Below are positions 1 through 5,372 of a stretch of DNA of 13,125 nucleotides, piece after piece. The DNA is from a bacterium. Lineage in GTDB: Bacteria; UBA10199; 2-02-FULL-44-16; DYJF01. Under the pieces are notes generated by a model. It ran no database searches, was not told the DNA's origin, and saw only the letters and a list, made by a program, of their open reading frames with translations. The stretch lies in contig JBGSNL010000055.1 of assembly GCA_041739675.1 (NCBI GenBank), forward strand, positions 1 through 13,125, written 5' to 3'. Within the stretch, counting starts at the first letter, position 1. Each line of letters opens with the position of its first letter. The position numbers were made by a program, and so were the translations under genes.

Positions 1-132
1 GGCAGTGGGGTCATGGGTACGGCGTCGTTTTTGGGTTACGGCCCAAAAACGCACCTCGTCTCTCGGCGATTGCGGCATCATAACCATGGATGCAATCGCC
101 TCCGAGACGCCCCATGACCCCACAGCCCCTAC
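1..132. repeat. Fold-back element A (three-way junction; REP/REPIN- or MITE-like); left end probably cut by the window edge
   Basis: 1-17 pairs with 111-127 (16/17). Hairpin CGTTTTTGGG 26-35 / CCCAAAAACG 42-51 is a perfect 10 bp with loop TTACGG. A second arm pairs 57-62/104-109 and 65-73/92-100. The right end reads GCCCCTAC (125-132). Pairings are seen directly; the element class is inferred. Confidence 0.75.
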
Positions 133-147
133 GCCTCCGAGGTTTGA

Positions 148-394
148 TACTTATTTCTCATTCTCATGTGACATGGGGCTTTGCTTGCGTGAGGACATGC
201 CCGAAAGACGAGCCGGCAATCGCCATGCTGGCTGGTATCTCATCGCCGGCTCGCCAGATAATAATACGGAGATGATGCAACTTCGGATGGGCGCCCGGAA
301 GGTAGGCGATTAACCGCCAGCATGAGCGTTGGCGGCGAAGGCGAAGGGCCTAGGCCTCACGCAAGCAAAGCCCCATGTCACATGGAAACAAGTA
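148..394. repeat. Fold-back element B with long terminal inverted repeats (MITE-like element or structured ncRNA)
   Basis: Perfect 30-bp IR: CATGTGACATGGGGCTTTGCTTGCGTGAGG (165-194) with 355-384. Outer extension TACTTATTTC (148-157) with GAAACAAGTA (385-394), 9/10. Inner imperfect IR ~212-237 with ~311-336. The peptide HVTWGFACVR occurs in ORFs on both strands, confirming the IR. Confidence 0.85.
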
Positions 395-433
395 ACGGTG
401 GTGCGTTTGTTGAAGTCGAATGCCGATATTCCC

Positions 434-462
434 TTGAGATTTCGCGTTTTTTCATTTAAATT
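434..462 (+). promoter_or_regulatory. Sigma70-type promoter for the surE operon
   Basis: TTGAGA (434-439), 17 bp, TAAATT (457-462) in an AT-rich patch; predicted +1 at about 469-470. Confidence 0.65.
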
Positions 463-469
463 ATACGAC

Positions 470-1288
470 ATGCCTATAGACAAGAATCTCGTTCTTTTTC
501 CACGCAGAAAGCGCGCGCTCATGCTCATCTCCAATGACGACGGCGTCTACTCGGAGGGCTTGAGAGTGCTTGCCAGAAGGTTAAAGCAGATCGGACGCGT
601 CGTGATAGTGGCGCCGGATCAGGAAAGAAGCGCGGCAAGCCACGCGCTGACCCTGCACAGACCCTTGAGGGTGAAAAAGATCTCGCAGGATGCCTATGCC
701 GTGGACGGAACGCCCACCGATTGCATCAACCTTGGAATAAATGAAATTTTGAAGCAGCGACCCGATATCATTATATCGGGGATCAACCACGGGGCGAATC
801 TGGGCGATGACGTCCATTACTCCGGAACGGTTTCAGCTGCGCTCGAAGGCGGTATCATGGGCGTGCCCTCGATTGCGGTGTCGGTCGTCGCGCGCGAGAG
901 GTTCCGTTTCGAAGCGGCGGCTGAATTCGCCGTGAAGCTCGTGAAAAAAATTCTGCGCGACGGTCTGCCCAAGGGGATCATACTCAACGTCAATGTCCCC
1001 AACCTTCCGATGTCTTCAATCAAGGGATATAATGTCACGTCCCAGGGAAAGAGAAATTACGGAAACATAATCGTGGAGAAGTTTGACCCCCGCGGGCGCA
1101 GATATTACTGGATCGGCGGGGATGAGGCCGGCTTCGAGGATATCCCCGATACCGATTGCAACGCCGTGGCCGAAGGAAAGATTTCCATCACACCGCTTCG
1201 CGTGAACATGACCGACAAGACTTCGCTTGGCCTTATCAGGAGATGGAAACTCGATGAGAAACCTGGAAAAAAGACGAGATCCGTATGA
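470..1288 (+). CDS. surE: 5'/3'-nucleotidase SurE (272 aa from ATG 470; the ORF-track start at 329 is over-extended; ATG 521 is an alternative)
   Basis: Motifs LISNDDG, VAPDQERSAASHALT, VDGTPTDC, SGINHGANLGDDVHYSGTVSAA, LNVNVP, ISITPL. Confidence 0.97.
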   Translation: MPIDKNLVLFPRRKRALMLISNDDGVYSEGLRVLARRLKQIGRVVIVAPDQERSAASHALTLHRPLRVKKISQDAYAVDGTPTDCINLGINEILKQRPDIIISGINHGANLGDDVHYSGTVSAALEGGIMGVPSIAVSVVARERFRFEAAAEFAVKLVKKILRDGLPKGIILNVNVPNLPMSSIKGYNVTSQGKRNYGNIIVEKFDPRGRRYYWIGGDEAGFEDIPDTDCNAVAEGKISITPLRVNMTDKTSLGLIRRWKLDEKPGKKTRSV

Positions 1289-1922
1289 AGTCGCCAGAAG
1301 GCGGATGGTGACCGAGCAGCTTATCCCCGGCGGCATCAAAGATCAGCGCGTTCTTGACGCGATGATGAAGGTTCCGCGCCACGAGTTTGTGAACCAGGGG
1401 ATGGCCTCCCAGGCCTATGAGGACAGGCCCCTGCAGATCGGGATGGGGCAGACGATTTCGCAGCCGCTTATGGTGGCCCTCATGACCCAGTCGCTCATGC
1501 TCACCGGCAAAGAGAGGATTTTGGAGATCGGCACCGGTTCCGGTTATCAGGCGGCAATCCTGGCCGAGCTGGTAAAAGACGTCTACACGATCGAGAGGAT
1601 CGATACTCTTTCGATCCGCGCGAGAAGGGTTCTGCACAAATTTCTCTACACGAACATCCATTTTCGCATCGGCGATGGAACTTTGGGCTGGCCCGAAGAG
1701 GCACCGTTTGACGGCATCATCGTGACGGCTGCCTCTCCAGAGGTGCAAAAGACGTATCTGGGCCAGCTTGCAGACGGCGGCCGCCTTGTGATCCCAGTCG
1801 GCGGCGAGAACGCGCAGGAACTTCTAATCATAAGAAAAATGGGGGATCGCTTCGAGACGGCGTCGGTCACCGGTTGCCGCTTTGTCAAACTCATAGGGGA
1901 ATATGGCTGGAAATGTGAATAA
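1254..1922 (+). CDS. pcm: Protein-L-isoaspartate O-methyltransferase (222 aa from ATG 1254)
   Basis: VPRHEFV, AYEDRPLQIGMGQTISQP, SAM motif ILEIGTGSGYQAAIL, GDGTLGWPEEAPFDGIIVTAA; follows surE as usual; AGGAG/GGA upstream; overlaps the surE end by 35 nt. Confidence 0.97.
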   Translation: MRNLEKRRDPYEVARRRMVTEQLIPGGIKDQRVLDAMMKVPRHEFVNQGMASQAYEDRPLQIGMGQTISQPLMVALMTQSLMLTGKERILEIGTGSGYQAAILAELVKDVYTIERIDTLSIRARRVLHKFLYTNIHFRIGDGTLGWPEEAPFDGIIVTAASPEVQKTYLGQLADGGRLVIPVGGENAQELLIIRKMGDRFETASVTGCRFVKLIGEYGWKCE

Positions 1923-2694
1923 AATTATTTTTTCCCTGATTCTCTGCGCGGTCGCGGCATCGCTTATGTCATGCGCGACGTCGTATGATGCGCGGGGAAA
2001 ATATCACAAGGTGATGCGCGGCGACACTGTTGGCTCGATCGCGCGCGCATACGGCGTCAAGGCGCAGGACATCGCCGAGGTCAACAACATCGAAAATCAG
2101 GGTGAGCTGGAAGTCGGCACGAAGCTCTATATTCCGGAAAGACGGAAAACGGGCGGTTTCAAAAAGCTTCCGTTCGGAAATATTCTGGCCCAATCCTCCG
2201 AGAAGGATAAGAAGCGTTCACGCGGATCGAACAAATATGCAAGGGATGCGGCGGAGGCCGGCGAAGGCGACCGGGTCAGGATCGAGCATGGAAGGTTCGC
2301 GTGGCCGGTGAAGGGCGGTCTCATATCTCCGTTCGGCATCAGAAACGGGCGCCGCCATGACGGCATCGATCTGAAAGGCGATAATGGCGATCCCATAAAG
2401 GCTGCCGGAAAGGGCAAAGTCGTTTTTGCCGGCCAGATGAGGGGATACGGCAACCTCATAATAATCCGCCACAAGGATGATTTTTTCACGGTTTATGCGC
2501 ATTGCAGCAAGAACATAGCCAAAAAGGATCAGCAGGTGAAAGAAGGCGATCTGATCGCCAAGGTCGGCCGGACCGGCCGCGCCACCGGCCCTCACCTCCA
2601 CTTTGAAGTTCGCAATGGACAAACCGCAAGGAATCCCCTATTTTTCCTCCCCCATCGGGATATCGATATGAACCGGGGCTATGCCAAGAAATGA
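1903..2694 (+). CDS. LysM + M23 peptidase lipoprotein (NlpD-like); start may be GTG 1915
   Basis: Signal peptide with lipobox LMSC; LysM (YHKVMRGDTVGSIARAYGV...LEVGTKLYIP); M23 domain (WPVKG, HDGID, GYGNLIIIRH, YAH, GPHLHFEVR, NPL); nlpD position after surE-pcm. Confidence 0.93.
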   Translation: MAGNVNKIIFSLILCAVAASLMSCATSYDARGKYHKVMRGDTVGSIARAYGVKAQDIAEVNNIENQGELEVGTKLYIPERRKTGGFKKLPFGNILAQSSEKDKKRSRGSNKYARDAAEAGEGDRVRIEHGRFAWPVKGGLISPFGIRNGRRHDGIDLKGDNGDPIKAAGKGKVVFAGQMRGYGNLIIIRHKDDFFTVYAHCSKNIAKKDQQVKEGDLIAKVGRTGRATGPHLHFEVRNGQTARNPLFFLPHRDIDMNRGYAKK

Positions 2695-2726
2695 CGGGCA
2701 GAAAACCAAAAATCGAGGGAGGAGAT

Positions 2727-3245
2727 ATGGAGAGCTTGCTTAAACGGCATATACGCGACATTCCGGATTTTCCAAAGCCGGGAATCCTTTTCAAGGACAT
2801 CACGCCTCTTCTGCAGAATCACGACGTTTTCAGCAGAATAATCGAGACGTTCGTGAAAAGATACGAGGCGGAGGGCATCCATGCGATCGTCGGAATCGAA
2901 TCGCGCGGTTTTTTCTTCGGCGCGCCGCTCGCCCATCAGCTCAAGGCGTCTTTCATCCCGATCCGCAAAAAAGGGAAGCTTCCATACAAGACGGTCGATA
3001 TGTCATATGATCTTGAATACGGTTCGGCGACTATCGAGATGCATGAAGATGCGATCGAGCGCGGCCAGCGGGTTATCGTCATCGACGATCTTCTGGCGAC
3101 GGGTGGAACCGCAGAGGCCGCGTGCAAGTTGGTTGAAAAACAGGGCGGCAAGGTCGTCGAATGTGCCTTCGTTGTTGAACTGGGCTTCTTGAACGGCCGC
3201 GAAAAAATTAAAAGCCCGATACATTCGCTCGTGAAGTACGATTAA
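2727..3245 (+). CDS. apt: Adenine phosphoribosyltransferase (172 aa from ATG 2727)
   Basis: IRDIPDFPKPGILFKDITPLL, GIESRGF, IRKKGKLP, YDLEYG, PRPP motif VIDDLLATGGT; strong SD GAGGGAGGAG at 2715-2724. Confidence 0.98.
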   Translation: MESLLKRHIRDIPDFPKPGILFKDITPLLQNHDVFSRIIETFVKRYEAEGIHAIVGIESRGFFFGAPLAHQLKASFIPIRKKGKLPYKTVDMSYDLEYGSATIEMHEDAIERGQRVIVIDDLLATGGTAEAACKLVEKQGGKVVECAFVVELGFLNGREKIKSPIHSLVKYD

Positions 3246-3265
3246 CTTTTTTTGGCATTCTGTCC

Positions 3266-3338
3266 GGGCTCGTAGCTCAGTGGATAGAGCACCTGCCTCC
3301 TAAGCAGGGGGTCGCGCGTTCGACTCGCGCCGGGCCCA
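3266..3338 (+). tRNA. tRNA-Arg, anticodon CCT (reads AGG); CCA end not encoded
   Basis: Cloverleaf: acceptor GGGCTCG/CGGGCCC, D arm GCTC-AGTGGATA-GAGC, anticodon arm CCTGC-CT[CCT]AA-GCAGG (anticodon 3299-3301), T arm GCGCG-TTCGACT-CGCGC, discriminator A3338 followed by CAA. Confidence 0.97.
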
Positions 3339-3346
3339 CAAAGAAA

Positions 3347-3997
3347 ATGGCCGGAACAATAAAACCGCCCTTTCATTCGAACACTCCCGACGGCACACAC
3401 TGCTTTCAGGCTGCGCTGGCCAGCGTGTTTGGCCACATCTGGCCCGAGCGAAAATTCAGTTTTGCTGATCTCGATAAAATCTCCGCAAAAGTTCCCGGCA
3501 AGTGGACGTGGCCCACGGCCGCGATGATATGGATGATAGAGCAGGGCCTCGATATGGTGCTCATCGAGGATTTCGATTATGAGGATTTTGCATCGCGCGG
3601 CGATTTGTATCTCATAGAAAGACTCGGTGACGAGGTTGCGAAGGCCCAGATAGAAAACAGTGTCATCGATCAGGAGCTCGAGTTCGCACGCAAATTCGCA
3701 AAGATCGCTCCGCTTGAATGCCGGCTCCCCAGCTTCGGGGACATAAACAAGCTGCTCAAGGAAGGTTATCTCGTGATTTGCAACATAAACGCCGCCGCGC
3801 TTTACGACCGCCCGGGATATTCGGGTCACTTCATCGTAATATTCGATTGCGACAAGAAGACGCTTACCATCCACGATCCCGGCCTGCCTCCAAAACCTTC
3901 GCTCAAGGTCGACAAGAAAGTCTTCGAGAAGTCGTGGGCCTATCCGACCGAACGCGAGAAGAATCTACTAGCCGTCCGCCTCAAGAAAAAAGATTGA
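3347..3997 (+). CDS. Papain-fold, peptidase C39-like protein (216 aa), no signal peptide
   Basis: Cys19 at a helix start (THCFQAALASVF), His161 in SGHFIVI, Asp177 in TIHDPG; the His-x15-Asp spacing is typical of C39-like enzymes. Confidence 0.75.
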   Translation: MAGTIKPPFHSNTPDGTHCFQAALASVFGHIWPERKFSFADLDKISAKVPGKWTWPTAAMIWMIEQGLDMVLIEDFDYEDFASRGDLYLIERLGDEVAKAQIENSVIDQELEFARKFAKIAPLECRLPSFGDINKLLKEGYLVICNINAAALYDRPGYSGHFIVIFDCDKKTLTIHDPGLPPKPSLKVDKKVFEKSWAYPTEREKNLLAVRLKKKD

Positions 3998-4022
3998 CTC
4001 GTCCATTTGGCGGTGTTAAATT
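3994..4022 (+). promoter_or_regulatory. Sigma70-type promoter with extended -10 for the ihfB-like gene
   Basis: TTGACT (3994-3999, overlapping the upstream TGA), 17 bp, TAAATT (4017-4022) preceded by TG at 4014-4015. Confidence 0.75.
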
Positions 4023-4071
4023 CCCAAATAATATCGGGTTATTAGGTCGTGGGGGAAAGGCAGGGTGGGTC

Positions 4072-4380
4072 ATGAATAAGTCCGAACTCATCGAGGCCGT
4101 GGCGGAAAAGACGAAGATCACGAAGAAGCGCGCCGAAGACGTGGTCAACCTCATCTTCGATTCGATGATCGAGGCGATGGCGAAGGGCGATCGCATTGAG
4201 ATAAGAGGGCTCGGCAGCTTCATCGTGAAAGAATACGGTGCCTATACGGGCAGGAACCCGAGGACGGGTGAGTCGATAGAAGTGAAACCAAAAAAATTGC
4301 CGTTTTTCAAGGTTGGTAAGGAATTGAGGGAAAGGGTCGATGCCGAAGAGGGATTGCCTGAATCGACGACTCTGCCCTGA
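4072..4380 (+). CDS. ihfB: Integration host factor beta / HU family DNA-binding protein (102 aa; the ORF-track start at 3718 is over-extended)
   Basis: MNKSELIEAV...GDRIEIRGLGSF...GRNPRTGE...PFFKVGKELRERV, an IHF-beta-like signature. Confidence 0.9.
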   Translation: MNKSELIEAVAEKTKITKKRAEDVVNLIFDSMIEAMAKGDRIEIRGLGSFIVKEYGAYTGRNPRTGESIEVKPKKLPFFKVGKELRERVDAEEGLPESTTLP

Positions 4381-4443
4381 CCGGTATTGAATGTCCGCCT
4401 GTAAATAATAATGAATACGCCGGGAGAGAAAGGATACCTCTTT

Positions 4444-5370
4444 ATGAAGAGGCGTTCCGATATCGTCTACTGGCTTGCCCTTCAACGTGCCCTGATCAAC
4501 CACCCTCTGGCCGCAGGTCAACTCCTTCAAATTTGCGGCTCTCCGCAGGAAATATTTCGCGGCGTCAGGTCGATAAAAGTCGAAGAGGGGCCGATCCATC
4601 TCCTGAAGACTTTTGACGCGTGGGAGATATGCGAAAACGATCTTAAGAAATGTCAGAGTGACGGGACCCAAATCATTACCCTCGAAGATTCCAGATATCC
4701 CGCGCTTTTAAAAGAGATAGCGGCCGGCCCCGTTGTCATAATGGCCAAGGGGGATCCGGCGGTTCTCAAGGGCCCGTGCATCTCCATCGTCGGCGCGAGG
4801 AAGGCGACACGGCACGGCAGGGAGGTTGCATTCGAGATCGCAAAGGAGCTCGCGAAAAAGGGAATGGTTGTCGTCAGCGGCATGGCCTACGGCATTGACG
4901 CCGCGGCGCATATGGGCGCGCTGGAGGGAGGCAAGACAGTCGCTGTGTGGGGATCGGGAATCGATAGCTGTTATCCCTCCGCTTTCTGGGACTTGAGCCG
5001 GAGGATAATAAAATCGGGATGCGTCGTTTCGGAATTTCCTCTCGGCACGATTCCGCTTCCGCAAAATTTCCCGCAGCGTAACCGGATCATCAGCGGGCTT
5101 TCGGCCGGAACCGTCGTCGTGGAGGCCGCATCGCAAAGCGGAAGTCTCATCACGGCAAAATTCGCCCTCGAACAGGGGCGAGAGGTTTTTGCGGTCCCCG
5201 GACCCGCTGGCGGCGTGATGTCTAAGGGCACGCACTCACTCATAAGAAATGGCGCCACGTTCGTCGAAAATGCCGAAGATATAATTGCGGCAATTGCGCC
5301 TCAATTGATCGGTGCTTTCGAAAATCCTAGACATTTGACCGACAATCATAATAATGGCCGACCACAATAG
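4444..5370 (+). CDS. dprA: DNA-processing protein DprA (308 aa from ATG 4444; ATG 4411 is an alternative)
   Basis: YPALLKEI, ISIVGAR, VVSGMAYGIDAAAH, SEFPLG, NFPQRNRIISGLS, VVEAASQSGSLITA, GREVFAVPG; directly upstream of topA; AAGGA upstream of 4444. Confidence 0.96.
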   Translation: MKRRSDIVYWLALQRALINHPLAAGQLLQICGSPQEIFRGVRSIKVEEGPIHLLKTFDAWEICENDLKKCQSDGTQIITLEDSRYPALLKEIAAGPVVIMAKGDPAVLKGPCISIVGARKATRHGREVAFEIAKELAKKGMVVVSGMAYGIDAAAHMGALEGGKTVAVWGSGIDSCYPSAFWDLSRRIIKSGCVVSEFPLGTIPLPQNFPQRNRIISGLSAGTVVVEAASQSGSLITAKFALEQGREVFAVPGPAGGVMSKGTHSLIRNGATFVENAEDIIAAIAPQLIGAFENPRHLTDNHNNGRPQ

Positions 5371-5372
5371 AT

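Noticed and set aside
148..394. Retron msr-msd or CRISPR interpretation of the repeats
   Set aside because: No reverse transcriptase or cas gene in the window; the repeats are inverted rather than spaced direct repeats. A gene left of the window cannot be excluded.
422..429. GCCGATAT resembling a sigma28 -10 box
   Set aside because: No TAAA-like -35 at the proper spacing.
5..534. ORFs 5..313, 90..275, 310..534 (-) and the surE extension from 329
   Set aside because: They run through the inverted repeats, show no recognisable protein features, and the promoter at 434-462 lies inside the supposed extension.
1254..1922. Pcm dedicated to repairing the Asp-Gly/Asn-Gly-rich surface protein
   Set aside because: surE-pcm linkage is widespread and ancestral, and the two proteins are in different compartments.
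3347..3997. C39-like enzyme as the processor of the GGG-A-C tail of the 972-aa protein
   Set aside because: It has no signal peptide or TM segment while the motif would be extracytoplasmic, and the genes are separated by housekeeping genes.
3718..4071. 118-aa N-terminal extension of the IHF-family ORF
   Set aside because: It overlaps the C39-like gene in another frame; a good promoter and the canonical MNKSEL start indicate 4072.
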